Assembly: GCA_002189035.1 (NCBI GenBank)
Contig: CM007990.1
Span: 682,001-746,000 of the forward strand
From: Utricularia gibba
Taxonomy: Eukaryota > Plantae > Magnoliophyta
DNA length: 64,000 nt
Reading direction: 5' to 3'
Shown here: positions 1 to 12,700 of the stretch, in pieces
Layout of the letters: every line of letters starts with the position of its first letter
How positions within the stretch are numbered: position 1 is the stretch's first letter
The notes under the pieces: generated by a model
What the model was told of the DNA's origin: nothing
The model's input: only the letters and a program-made list of their open reading frames with translations
Databases searched by the model: none
Position numbers and translations under genes: made by a program

Positions 1-55
1 TATCATCAAGAAACAACTAAAAGTTAGGGGGGGACCGGGATAAAAATAAAATTAC

Positions 56-236
56 CAGCTAAAGTGATGTCGATGTTGAAGTTTCCGCCCTCGTACGGCG
101 TACCAACAGGACCCGGTATCGTTCCCAGCAACTGCGCGAGGTTACTTTCATTCTTGGGAACTACTTTTATCCCAGAAACCTTGAAATCCCTATTGCACTC
201 ATGCAGCTCCTTCTGCACCCGAGAGAAATCCACCAT
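56..236 (-). CDS. UBC27: Ubiquitin-conjugating enzyme E2 (UBC27/E2-25K type), exon 1 only; gene runs off the left edge
   Basis: MVDFSRVQKELHEC...LLGTIPGPVGTPYEGGNFNIDITL is the N-terminus of plant UBC27-type E2s; GT donor at 55-54. Confidence 0.9.
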
Positions 237-395
237 TTCAGCTCTCTTGCTTTCTTTCAGGATGCAAGGTAGACGTTGCCGGATTCTGGAGAAACTCCTC
301 CGCCTCGAATTTCTCCACTCGCACGACGAACATTAACCTGAATCGCGATGTTTCATTTTTCGATTTTAATTTATTTAATTAATCTTCTTTCATAA

Positions 396-430
396 TGGGC
401 TAAAGCCCGTTAATGATAGACTAATGGGCC
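396..430. promoter_or_regulatory. Site II-like (TGGGCY/RGCCCA) motifs in the short divergent UBC27/TFIIE-beta promoter
   Basis: TGGGCT..AGCCCG..TGGGCCCA between two head-to-head housekeeping genes. Confidence 0.55.
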
Positions 431-1012
431 CAAAACCGCCGTATTCAAATCGGGTCATACCCGAACGGTATAAATCGGGTTTGCGCGATTTTGAGGTTCA
501 GACTTCAACTCATTCGTCTTCCTTCTGGTGCCTTTTTTGCGATCTCGAGAGTGGGTTAGTTTACATTTCTTGCACCGATTTCCATTTTTTGTACTTGTTT
601 TCTGGTAATCTGTGGATTCATTATAGAATTGGTTGCAATCGGGAGCTGCAGGGGTTCGTCCTTTGTGTACTTGGCGTTTCCAGTCCCTTGGATACTCTAT
701 TTGGTTTGGTATTTCTCCTTGCAGCGGATGCCTTGCGTTAGTTTGAATGGATTTTTTTTCTGAATTTATTTAGGTTTTTCTCCCTTCTGTCTGCAGAATC
801 TGGGTGCTAATCCTTGGTGCCTCGCCAGATTCAGAAATTATAAGGTGATCCTTTTTGTTCTTTCGGTTGTGTTCTTTGGCTCATGTGATTTGAAAGACAT
901 GAGAAGTAGACGGGTTTTGAATAGATGTTTTTTTGCGTATGGTTTCATTGTTGTTGTTCTAGGGTTTCTTGGCTTCAACGATCATAAGTTTTTACTTTTT
1001 TTTTTCCTTTAG

Positions 1013-2352
1013 ATGGCTTTACTTCAAGACAGCTTGTCAAAGTTTAATAAGCAGCAAGAGAAAGTACAATCAGTGCTCACGAGCATGAGCAAAGCAAAGG
1101 CAGCATATTCCCAAAATAATCCTTCAAAGTCCATGCCCGCCACTTCCTCCGCACCATCAAATGCAAAATCACCTGTGCAACCAATTAAATTTTCAAATGA
1201 TACAGAACGTCTTCAGCATATAAATAGCATCAGAAAAGCCCCTGTTGGGGCACAAATCAAGCGTGTTATTGATTTGCTCTACGAGGTACTTTTCCCGTGA
1301 ACCCTCTATTGATTCTGCCATGTGTTTTTATATCGAAGTTGAAATAATATGCAGCTGCAATGTCTCACAATGCCTGATACTGTGGCTTTAATTGAGGCCA
1401 TGTTATAATATGTGTGATATCTTTCTTTGGAGGTTCAGTCCATTGTTCTATTGTATGATAATTGGATTGCAAGCTTGGTTTTTCGTCCTTATTGTAGCTA
1501 CTTATGTCCTACCCTCCTAGTTTGACTTTTATGACGTGTCTATTTGATTCAAGTTTCTCATCCTCAGACCAGGCAAGCCTACACTCCTGATCAGATAAAT
1601 GAAGCATGCTATGTGGATATGAATGCAAACAAAGCAGTCTTTGATAGTCTACGAAACAATCCTAAAGTGAATTATGACGGGAAAAGATTCTCCTACAAGG
1701 TAATATTTCTACCTTGTCCAGCCCCAGACAGGGTCATCATTGTATGTGAATCTCAACACTCTTACCTCTGAACTTTGAAGAGGTGATGGTTTGCTTATTT
1801 TATTTCCAGTCGAAGCACGATTTGAAAGACAAGAATGAACTCCTAGTCTTGATTCGGAAATTCCCAGAGGGCATCGCTGTCATTGACCTTAAGGATGCAT
1901 ATCCAACGGTTATGGATGACTTGCAGGTAACCTTTCCCCTGCTCAGCTATCCAGCCTGAGTTAAGCATCATCATTCATCTTTGGGTTGATAAAAACCATC
2001 TTGCTCTTTAGTCATTGAAAGCGTTAGGCCAAATCTGGCTGCTCTCGAACTTCGATTCACAAGAGGACATTGCCTTCCCCAATGACCCCAGAGCAGTCAT
2101 CAAGGTGGATGATGATCTGAAACAGTTGTTTCGTGGCATCGAACTGCCCCGCGACATGGTTGACGTTGAAAGGGACCTCCAGAAAAATGGGATGAGACCT
2201 GCAACAAACATGACCGAGAGGAGGGCCGCAGCACAGGTTCATGGGATCCCCCCAAGCCCAAGACTAAGAAGAAGAGGTATGAAATCAGCAAAAGGACCAA
2301 GCTCACTAACTCCCATCTCCCAGAGCTTTTCCAGAACCTCAATGGTTCGTAA
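1013..2352 (+). CDS. GTF2E2: Transcription initiation factor IIE subunit beta; 4 coding exons (1013-1285, 1568-1699, 1810-1926, 2012-2352)
   Basis: KFSNDTERLQHINSIRKAPVGAQIKRVIDLLYE, VFDSLRNNPKV.YDGKRFSYK, RKFPEGIAVIDLKDAYP and IELPRDM.D.E.DLQKNG motifs; conserved C-terminus (EISKRTKLTNSHLPELF) needs +1 C in the C6 run at 2248-2253. Confidence 0.92.
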
Positions 2353-2588
2353 CGACGTCGTTCAGTCGCTGCCGGGGTGTAATTGCTGTAGGAATGCTTG
2401 AATTTAAAATTGGAAAATTACTTATGAAAGCGCCATCGTAAGAATTGATTAAAAAATCGCGATTAATGATAATTTTATATGCTTGAATTTCGTGGGGTAG
2501 TCCATTGTAATTTGGACTAAATTGCGGCCCCTTTCTGGAATACACGTTATCTTCCTCTTGTCACGCGTGTCGCTCACTTGCAGCAGCA

Positions 2589-4124
2589 ATGGCGTTATCT
2601 CCTGCGATTTTGCATTCTTCAGGAGCCAGGTTTTCGGTCCAATTGCCGTCCGTCAATGCGTGCGGAGCCCGCAGGGTTGGATTGTCTATCAGAGCTTCTT
2701 CGCCGGTCGTTCTTGTCGAAAAGACTGAAGCGGAGAAAGTTAACCGACTGAAGGCAGCTTACCTCGAGAGAGTCGTTCCGCTGCTCAAGGAGGAGTTCAA
2801 TTATACCAACATTCACCAGGTTCTATGGATTTTCTTGATTTTTTTTTTCTTTTTTGGGTGCTTTTCATGAAAGTATCGAAGTTGCAGAGCATTTAGATGT
2901 TATTTTATTAAGCATGTCCAGCATCCGATGTTGAGTTGTGTATTTTGTAGGTTCCAAAGATCGACAAAGTTGTAGTGAACTGTGGAATTGGAGAGGCTGC
3001 GCAGAATGCCAAGGGTTTGGAATCAGCTATGAGCGATTTGGCACTTATTACAGGGCAGAGGCCGATTAAGACGCGAGCCAGAAAAGCCATTGCTGCATTC
3101 AAGATCAGAGAAGGCCAGCCGCTGGGAATTGCGGTCACCCTGAGAGGAAATGTGAGTTCATTTTAACTCTTGGCCTTTCATCATTTGTTTGTATTGATAT
3201 TGGCTATTCTCCAGGCCTTCATGTAACTTTAAATAGGCAAGCATCTCTGAATGTATTTTAGGATTCCAAATGCATGTACGGTCGTTCGAGTGTGTGTGGA
3301 CGAACTTCAAGTTCCATAGCTTGTTTAGTAAACCTGTGACGAGTTATTTGGAGAACACATGTGGTGGTTTTCCAAGTAGTTTGTACATTCGGGTTCTTGT
3401 GTTTCACTGCTCATTGGGTTCTTGTGTGAAGAATTGCATAATACCCCATGTATATGATTGTTTGAGTTCATGTCGACAACCAAGAGCTATCTTAGCTTCC
3501 ATACTGACTGTCTAAGGGCTTGATAGTGTTAATCAAGTCGTGGCATTCCAAGTAGTTTGTATATCCCTGTTCTTGTGTCTCAGGGCTGTGTGGCATATGC
3601 ATAGAATTGCATATTACTCTATAAACATATGGCTGCTCGAGTTCATGCGGATGAACTAGAAGTACCATAGCTTTTGCAGTAACTGTTTCAAAACTTGGTA
3701 GTGATATTTCTAGTTTGTTTATTTAGAACAAGCTGAGATGAATGAAATATGACTGGTTCCTTTGGTTTACACAGGTGATGTACTCCTTTCTTGACCGGCT
3801 GATCAATCTTGGACTTCCCAGAACAAGAGATTTTCAAGGGGTGAATCCCAACAGCTTTGACGGTAATGGGAACTACAGCATCGGTATCCGCGATCAAACA
3901 GTTTTCCCAGAACTAAGCTTCGATATTCTTGGGAAGACCAAGGGCATGGATGTTTGCATATCCACAACTGCCAACACGGATGTTGAGGCCCAGAAATTGT
4001 TGGGTCTCATGGGATGCCCTTCAGAGAAGGCGGTGGTCCATCTGCTGTGATAAAGAAGAGGAAGCTGAAGTCTCACCATTTTGACTCCAAATCTAAATCA
4101 ACACAAAGAACCAAGAAGAAGTAG
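2589..4124 (+). CDS. RPL5: Plastid 50S ribosomal protein L5 (nuclear-encoded, transit peptide); exons 2589-2818, 2951-3150, 3775-4124
   Basis: [46 protein letters not shown] and [24 protein letters not shown]; C-terminus ([11 protein letters not shown]...[11 protein letters not shown]) needs +1 G at 4011-4013. Confidence 0.95.
3290..3690. repeat. Degenerate ~175-bp tandem repeat (~2.3 copies) in RPL5 intron 2
   Basis: TTCCAAGTAGTTTGTA at 3370 and 3546; AGAATTGCATA at 3430 and 3603; GAGTTCATG at 3464 and 3639; GAACT..AAGT.CCATAGCTT at 3302 and 3653. Confidence 0.75.
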
Positions 4125-4686
4125 CGGAGTCAAATCAATGATCACTCCCTTGGTTTTCTCTTTCTTTGCATCGGCTACTTCAGAGAATTGGGATTATAAA
4201 CTCGCATCTTTCTTATGCCTATTTCATTAAACTCCTATCCTGCAATGGTAGGCTAACTTCAGCTCATTCCAACGACTACACATGACGACGAAGTGGAGTT
4301 CGGTACGGTCCTAAAGAGACAAACTGTCGGTTTCCCTTTGGATTTCGAATTTGTGCCCACCAACCTCGCGCTGGTGTTGAGTGGAAGCATGCGAAAAAAA
4401 GACTTGAATCCAACGTAAGAAAGCCAATGGGGCAAAAATGCGTCTTGATGGGGGCAAAAACTGTGGTGATAGATGCGGGCCAACGGCCTATCTCAAATCA
4501 CCTTCCCAAACACAGGAGTGACGCAATGGATAGAGGTACCCATCAATCAGTTTCTCTGTTTTATAAATTGCATTTTCTGGGATGGCTACTTTTGTAAAGA
4601 AGGACCAACATTTCTCTTTGACTTTAGGTTCTCAATCTCTTTTACTGGTTCTGTGAGGTTTCTTGGTTTCGTCTCGTTTCCAGGAG

Positions 4687-6428
4687 ATGGTGAAGGCCCT
4701 TGTACTGCTTGTGCTGGTTCTGGGTCTGGGTCTGGGGTGAATAAAGTTGTATGCGGAAAAGGGGAGGTCCTTGATGAATCATTCGGATACTCCGCGATCA
4801 GCTGCAGGTCTCGCAGTGCTTCAATACTTGATTTTGGAGGGGTTGGTGATGGAGAGACGCTCAACACAGCTGCTTTTCAAGCAGCGGTTAATCAGCTCAG
4901 CCAATATGCTTCCGATGGAGGGGCTCAGCTTTACGTCCCTGCCGGAAGATGGCTCACCGGAAGTTTCAACCTCACCAGCCATTTCACACTTTTCCTACAC
5001 AGTGATGCTGTTCTCCTGGCTTCCCAGGTACCCTCCAGCCCTTGCCCCACCTCCAACTTCTCATTCTTATTAATGTTGCTGCTGATGTCAGGATATAAAC
5101 TCTTGGCCTGTTTTGGAACCATTGCCATCCTATGGCCATGGAAGAGATGCACCTGGAGGAAGATACGCGAGCCTTCTCTTTGGAACTAATCTCACTGACG
5201 TCGTCATCACAGGTAGCAAAGAACCCATCTTTCATCCAAGCAATCATCAGATATAAAGAATCTGAAATGGGATTGTTCACAAGGTGATAACGGAACAATT
5301 GATGGCCAAGGGCAGCTATGGTGGGATCAGTTTCGCAGTAAGAAGTTGCAATACACAAGGCCGTACCTCATAGAACTCATGTATTCTGAAAACATCCAGA
5401 TTTCTGACCTAACACTTGTGAATTCTCCATCGTGGAATGTGCACCCTGTGTACTGCAGGTTTGTGATCCATTGCCCTCCTCTCTTCATATTGTCTTCGTA
5501 GGCAAAGAGACAGTTTTTGTTGACTTTGCAGCAATGTGATCGTTCGAGGACTCACCATTCTTGCTCCGGTAACATCTCCGAACACTGACGGAATCAATCC
5601 AGGTATGAAATTCCAGAGTCAATACCAAGTACCAGCTGTGTTTCTGATCTGATTTCAAAAACAGATTCCTGTACAAACACGAGAATTGAGGATAACTACA
5701 TAGTCTCCGGCGACGACTGCATCGCCGTGAAGAGCGGCTGGGATCAGTACGGCATCAGCTTCGGAATGCCAACAAAGCATCTCTTCATCCAGCGGCTTAC
5801 ATGTATTTCCCCTTTCAGTGCTGCGATCGCACTCGGGAGTGAAATGTCCGGCGGGATTCAGGATGTGAGAGCGCAAGATATCACCGCCATAAACACTGAA
5901 TCCGCCGTGCGAATCAAGACCGCCGTTGGAAGGGGAGGATACGTCAAGGACATCTATGTGAAAGGCATGAATTTGCATACGATGAAATGGGTGTTTTGGA
6001 TGACCGGGAACTACGGATCTCACGCGGACAACAACTACGATCCCAATGCTTTGCCGGAGATAAAAGGGATATACTACAGAGACGTGGTGGCGGAGAACGT
6101 GACAATGGCGGCAAGACTGGAGGGGATCGCCAACGATCCCTTCACGGGGATTTGCATATCGAATGTGACGATTTCCATGGCACCCAATGCCAAGAAGCAA
6201 CCATGGAACTGCAGCAATGTGCAAGGAGTTTCCAGAGACGTGACTCCTCCTCCGTGCGAGCTCCTGCCGGAGCAGGGCTACGGTGGGGACGGGATGTGCG
6301 ACATCTCGTCGGAAAGCTTGGCTGTCGACGGCGTCGAGTTGCAGACTTGCTCCTCCGCTTTAAAAAATAAAGGTGTGAATTTTCTTAGCATGTTTCTCTT
6401 ATTACTGATTGGTCCTAATATTTTCTAA
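4687..6428 (+). CDS. Polygalacturonase / pectin lyase-like GH28 protein; 5 exons (a short first exon from ATG 4526 is possible)
   Basis: GH28 motifs SPNTDGINP, GDDCIAVKSG and VRIKT; DFGGVGDG.T.NT.AF N-terminus; signal peptide MVKALVLLVLVLGLGLG joins the mature frame with +1 G at 4734-4737. Confidence 0.92.
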
Positions 6429-6699
6429 TATCATGTTTTCGATACCATCTCTTCGCTTATTTGTACATCTTATCCCACCCCTTCCCCTTTGTCTAATTTC
6501 ATACGTACAAACATTCCCCTTCTAGAACTCTAGAAAACTTAATTCCATTGGTCTACGAATTCATGCTTCTTCTCCACAAGGAGAGGAAACTCTGGAGCAG
6601 AAACAGTTCATTTTTTAACAGCAGAGCAACACCACAAGAGATGATGCAGTGAATCACAATCTCAGTATTTGTGATCTCCACTCCCTTCAAGGGCTTTAT

Positions 6700-7560
6700 G
6701 CTGTGGTTCATCCAGATGAGATCATTGATTCTTTCTTCAGTGAAGGACGGTTGTTGAAGTCGAAGATGAACCGGCTCCTCAATGGTTGGGTTCATGGTAT
6801 GAGGAGGCGAGATCAGGGTTCAGAGAGCCTCCTCAACTGCAATGATGGGAATGATTTTAATCATCGGTGTGTTTGATCATACAACCGATATCAGAATCCC
6901 ATTCTGGGATCGAAGACCAGCATCCTGTCCAGCAACTTCAATGCTCCAGGAGAAGTGTTGGAAATCTGGAAGAAACCTGAGACCTGTATCCTCTGGACAA
7001 GGGAAACCGAATGAAGGACAGGGGAAGAGCTGTGAGCTGAACAGCAATGCCTAGTTTCTGTACCTCAGGCACAAGTTTTCACTGATGAACATAATCTTTG
7101 CCAGGAAACAGGGCTGTCTTCTAGTCATGATTTCACGGAGATGCAGCCAGCTTACAATATAACACGCTGCAGTGCATCATCCTGAATGATTAAGAATCAG
7201 TTGAGAGAAGTTACAAGATGGTTGGTACATGGCCGAGCCAAACTAGGAGGTAATGCAATCCCTAAACCTGGACCAAGCCATTAGTAGGGAAATGGGGTTG
7301 TTCTGTCAGCCCCACAAATTGTTACTGCAAACAGGCAGTAAAATTCTGAAGGAACCGCAAACAACTGGGGCCGCACCACATGGCGACTCACGAGTTGTGG
7401 GTTTCACAGAAGACTGCCAATCAACAGGATCTACTGTGAGTGCTGTAACAGTAAACTTGGCTGGTTACAGAAGTGGAGCAAGAAGAATCACAAAGAAGAA
7501 AAGTTGGGCTGGTCCAATCAATAGCCATTGTATCCCAAGATCCGTTCTTTTGTTGTTCTC
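6700..7560 (-). pseudogene. Degenerate group-B (MPK4/11/12-like) MAP kinase remnant
   Basis: Colinear fragments: LNHSG*CTAA; EIMTR; LFPGKDYVHQ*KLVPE followed by GT donor at 7063; PEDTGLRFL; RFPNTSPGALKLLDRMLVFDPR; last exon VEEAL*...QPSFTEERINDLIW; stops, frameshifts and deletions throughout. Confidence 0.85.
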
Positions 7561-7928
7561 GATAAAAAGCATGATACCTATGCCTTTGAAGCAGAAGAAC
7601 CTGGGGAAATATCATCAGATGAGTGTAAAATAGTAATTGTGGGGATATGCTAAAATATATTGTGAACATGGATGAAAGGGGTAAGGTGATGCGCATTGAG
7701 AAAAGGATACAAAGCTGCAGGGTAAAGATATTGGCCTTGAATGTGGCTTCATAATGGGGACGATGCATTTGTGGGAACGGGGCCTTGTGGTAATAAAGAT
7801 TGCTTTGATCACGCCGAGACACAACGCAGTTCCTTTGGCGCATTTGCATCCTCTTTCTACATTTGGATTGGAACTGCTTTCACAGCTCCAGATTCTTCTT
7901 CCAGCCGATCGGATACCGAAAATCGACC

Positions 7929-9282
7929 ATGTCTTCTCCAAGCAAGAGGCGTGAGATGGATTTAATGAAACTGTAAAATTTGCCCCTTCTTCTTTTAACT
8001 GGGTTTCTCTTGTGGAGTTGTGTTCGTGTTTCTGTACCAAGTTCTCTATTTCTTTTTTTCTCTGGTATGGGTTGTTGTTAAATCTCGGTTTCTTGATGTA
8101 GAATGATGAGTGATTACAAAGTTGAGATGGTTGGTGATGACATCCAGGAATTCTATGTCCATTTCCATGGACCCAACGATAGTAAAATTTAGCTACATCT
8201 TTTTTTTCTGTTCTTAAGTTAATGTATGCTGTGCAGCGTTTGTTAAGTTGATTTTCTTCCATTTGGATCGCCTTTTGGTAGATCAGGTTTTTCTTTTGAG
8301 ATATTATTTGGTTCTTTTCTGGACAATTTATGAAATTCATTAATAAAAATCATAAGTAGACATTTTTTCTGGTAGAATCGTAGCAAGACTCTCGATAGTC
8401 TGATATGGATTCGAGGTCATGTCTGAGTTTTACCCTTTCTTTATGTAAATCTGCGTTACTTCATCCTTTTTCTGGGCCTTCGATGATGCACTTTTATTAA
8501 TAGTTTCTGCTTACTGTTTTCTTATTTGCAGGCCCTTATCATGGTGGGTATGGAAAGTAAGGGTGGAACTTCCTGATGCTTATCCTTACAAGTCTCCATC
8601 CATAGGATTCATCAACAAGATCTATCACCCTAATGTTGACGAGATGTGTGTTTACTGTACTTCCGCTATGATCTTGTTTCTGTACTTATTTGTCTCCTTT
8701 GTCAAAATGCAGGTCAGGCTCTGTCTGCTTGGACGTGATTAATCAGACATGGAGTCCGATGTTCGGTATGATTAAGGTATAACTCATCTCATTTAACGCG
8801 TACCCCAAATGACACTTCCTTTTTAATGCAACAGATCTGGTGAACGTGTTTGAGGTGTTCATGCCTCAACTTCTTTTATATCCTAATCCATCTGATCCCT
8901 TGAATGGGGAGGCTGCAGCTCTGATGATGCGTGATCGAACTGCATATGAAGAAAGAGTTAAAGGTGCTAAATGCTTGCAATGAAAGTTCTTTTTCTGCTA
9001 CGCTAGTTCTTTGTTGTGACATTGTGCTGAACACCCCTGAATTTACTTTTCCTTCATGTTGTGGTGAAACTACGTGAAAATATACAAGCGCTCAAATGAT
9101 GCTTTTTCCAATTTATGTTTCTGAATGTATGGATCGTATGTTTTGTATCAGAGTACTGTCAAAAATATGCAAAGCCAGAAGATATTGGTGCTGCCCCTGT
9201 GGAGAGTGATAGTGATGAAGATCTCAGTGAGGATGACTACGACTCCGGCAATGATGCCGTTGTTGGTGAAGCAGATCCATGA
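7929..9282 (+). CDS. UBC5: Ubiquitin-conjugating enzyme E2, UBC4/5/6 group; 6 exons
   Basis: [24 protein letters not shown]; [40 protein letters not shown] with catalytic Cys; acidic tail; [11 protein letters not shown] needs +1 G at 8546-8548; exact paralog (UBC4/5/6) not resolvable. Confidence 0.93.
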
Positions 9283-9713
9283 GAATGTAGATCACTCAAC
9301 CAATCTGGTTCATGTACATTTGGTTTAAACTATTCATGGTTTGCACATTCATAATTTTATTTTAGTCTGCAAACTATTCATTGGGATGGAATCTGATTCT
9401 CTTCTTGTAATACATGCATGCACTTGGCCATTTTAAAGATCACTCTGCTTCATACTTGATACACTGAAATCTTGCTGAAATTAGGTGTTGGCTTTGGGTT
9501 TAGAATGACAGGGGTATGTTTGCTATGCACTGAAAAAAAAAAAAAAAAACCTGCACAGGCAGTAATTGTAACAGATTTTTCATTCAGACATCACAAAGAT
9601 TTTCATTACAAGTATCACCTACAAAGAGCAAGGCCTCTACAACAAAAGGTAGTCTTCTGCTTTCATCTGTCTTAAAAAGCACTTGCGCAATCTACTAAAA
9701 CTCACTCTTGGTG

Positions 9714-12700
9714 TCAGTAATGGCTAGGCCGTCGCCGCCCAGAATCCGTTCTCATTCTCTTCACCGGATTTGCCCATCTCACAGAGCCACCTGTGCTGCT
9801 ACCTTGTTGGGGTGAGACGACATTCCACCCCTGTACTGCAGCAGCACTTTGGTGGCCTGATCCTACTGCATCCTTGCTGCCCGGAGTTCTAATGTTTCTG
9901 TTCAGCACCGTCGATGAAAGTGTGCTGACTGATCCCACTCCAGGTTTCAGGGATACCTTTTCACGGTCTTTCCTCTTCTTTTTGCAGACAACAAGTTCAC
10001 CAGGATGTGTGAAGGGTGGGCTGGCTGCATCCTGTTGGGTTAGCGTCCGGCTTCCAAGTTTTGTTTCCTTCTGAGTTGTTTGCACAGGCAATCGAGTTTG
10101 CGGCTTCGGAAAAGGGACATCACAGTTACCAGCTTCCACTTCCTTAACTGACTTCTGGCGCTTGCTTGATCCAGGTAGTATTCGCTTTGAAGAACCAGTG
10201 ATGCCTGTGCTGCCAACTGAACTGAAGAAGGAAAGAGAACCTTTGGCCTCTCGAAAGTCAGTATCAGGGAATGCAATATACAGTATGTCAAAGAAGAGGT
10301 CGTGAACTTTCTTGGCCTCGTCTCTAACCTGCATGTTATCATGGGAATGGAGTTAGCCACCTTAAAAAAGGAAAGAGAGATTAGAAGAGCAAGTTTAAAA
10401 CCTCGAAGGAGTAGCCATAATGCTGCATGCTACATTTCAACATGAACTGCACATCTGATACAACATCCATCACTCCAGAGTACTCAAATCTGTCAAGGCG
10501 CAAAAGGATCTTTCTTAAATCAACAAGGCTATCTCCAGATACACCTGTATTCTCAAATCTTTTCCAGAGCTGGGTTAGCAGTGGAACTATTTGGTGGCCT
10601 TCATGATCAATTCTTCTCTGGAGTCGACCAATAACATTCTTGCACTGCAACAGAAGATAAACAACAAGAAAGCTGTTAATCAAGACTATGCACACATGTA
10701 CTACTTGTATCTAACAATACAAGTACTACCTTTCGCTGAATGATTTCAGAGATCTTGGGAGTCCCACTCTTCGGCCCTTTGGGTCCTCTGCTATCAAGAC
10801 TTTCCATTGTGTGTTCAGCAGTATCCTCGGGTGGGTTTGACTTGCAGCTTATTCTGCCAGATTTAACTGAGCCCGGGGTAATGGATGCATTTTTCCTTGA
10901 CGAACTCCGTTTATTCTTTAAGGATGAATCAGCCCTCTCTGATTTTGAAGTACCAACATCACCATGAACTTTATGAGAATGGTCATTTCCTGCCATGGAT
11001 TTGTATTTGTATTCAGGATGGAATGCCATCGGAGAAGGATCAGCAGGACGCGGAGGTGACCTTTCGCTTGGCTTTTCCTCCACTTTCTCAACAGTTTGCC
11101 GTGGGCGAAGTCGAATACTTCGCTTGCGTCTTATCTTGGGCTGCACTACCTGTTCGTCTTCCCCCTCATCACGATCACGGTTCCAGCTACCAGAATGCTG
11201 CTGGTCAAACATAGAATCTCCAGACATAGCAATCTCCCCTTCTTCTAAATCATCAGTCTGGAAAAGAAGAACAGATTTGTATTAAGGTGGATTGTATGGT
11301 TCAGCAATATGGAAGCCATTAGTGAGAATAATTGCAGGCATACCAATTTCTTCGAACGGGAGTTTGACCTGTAATCTAAAGCAGAGAGCGATCCAAATTT
11401 CTGAGATGAGCCAGAAGGTGATACCACAGGCAGCATTTTTCTACTGTGGGATGAAGATCCAGTTGATCCTGCTTCATCCACAATACTGCTGTTCCTGGCC
11501 CTCGGCAAAGTTCCTTGATATTCATATGCCTCAGCAGAAACTGGGCCTTCTTCTTCTGACTGATCTTTGTCACCATGAGGGGCCTCACTGGAATCATCAT
11601 CATCTTCAAATTCCCCAACATCACCTTCTTCATGCACAGCGTACCCATTCCTGTCCTCTGAGCTCTCTTCCGAAAAATCTAAATTTTCATCATCCAATTC
11701 TGTATAGACTGGGGTTCTACTTTTGGGTCGCCCTCTCCTTCTCTCAGTCTCAGAAACCACTTCAGTTGAGCCTACTCCAATACTCCCTGCATATAAACTA
11801 TTCCTTGATGGCTTCTTTGACAAATTTGCAATTGCTGTATTCACTTCTTTGGTATTTGCACGAAGCCAGGATGGAACCTGATCATATGAAGTCATGTCAT
11901 CTGTCCAGTCAAGCTCTTCATCCATTTGATCAAAAAGCTCTACTTCCTCCTCACTCCTAGCAATCATGCGGTTCACTTCATGAAGTGAAGGAACATCATG
12001 AACAGTTTCTTGATATCTTTCTTCATCATGCAACAAGGTTTCTAATGTTAGACGCCTCTCCTCATGTGTGGTCCTCTGATCAAACCTCCCTGCATTAATG
12101 ACTTCATCAGCCATATCAATCTTGTACTGCTGGATATTATTGCGAATCAAACTCTCTATAGAACCCATGTACCGGTCCTTCCCTGCAAGATCATCATCCA
12201 AATCAACTACCCCTCTTCTCTTAAACTCATCTTCCTTCTGATGACTGGAAATCTTGTCAACCACAGCTTCCATATAGATCACCTTCACCTCCCTTGTCTG
12301 CCCAATGCGATGGGCACGAGCAACTGCCTGCTCCTCATTTTTGGGGTTTGGATCTGGATCATATATGATCACTGTGTCAGCAGACTGAAGATTAAGACCC
12401 CGGCCAGCAGCTCGGATGCTAAGCAAAAAAATAAAGCATTCTGTATCAGGGTCGTTGAAATCAACAATAGCTGATTCACGGTCTTCTAGACAGGTCATTC
12501 CATCGATTCTTCTAAATACAAGCCTTCGCCACTGTAAGTACTCTTCTACTATGTCAAGGAGTTTGGTCATAGTACTGAAGAGCAGTACTTTGTGTCCAGT
12601 TCGTTGAAGCTTGATCAGTATTCTATCGAGAACCCACATTTTCCCACATGATCTCACAAGAAAATCCTTGGACAGATCACTGAAATATGGATAATTGAGC

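Noticed and set aside
7615-8340. 241-aa minus-strand ORF
   Set aside because: Overlaps UBC exons 1-2 in antisense, matches no family and has low-complexity composition; treated as a shadow ORF.
11292-12474. Long plus-strand ORFs opposite BRM (and similar ones opposite the PPR, ARM and polygalacturonase genes)
   Set aside because: Antisense shadows of long coding exons with no motif support.
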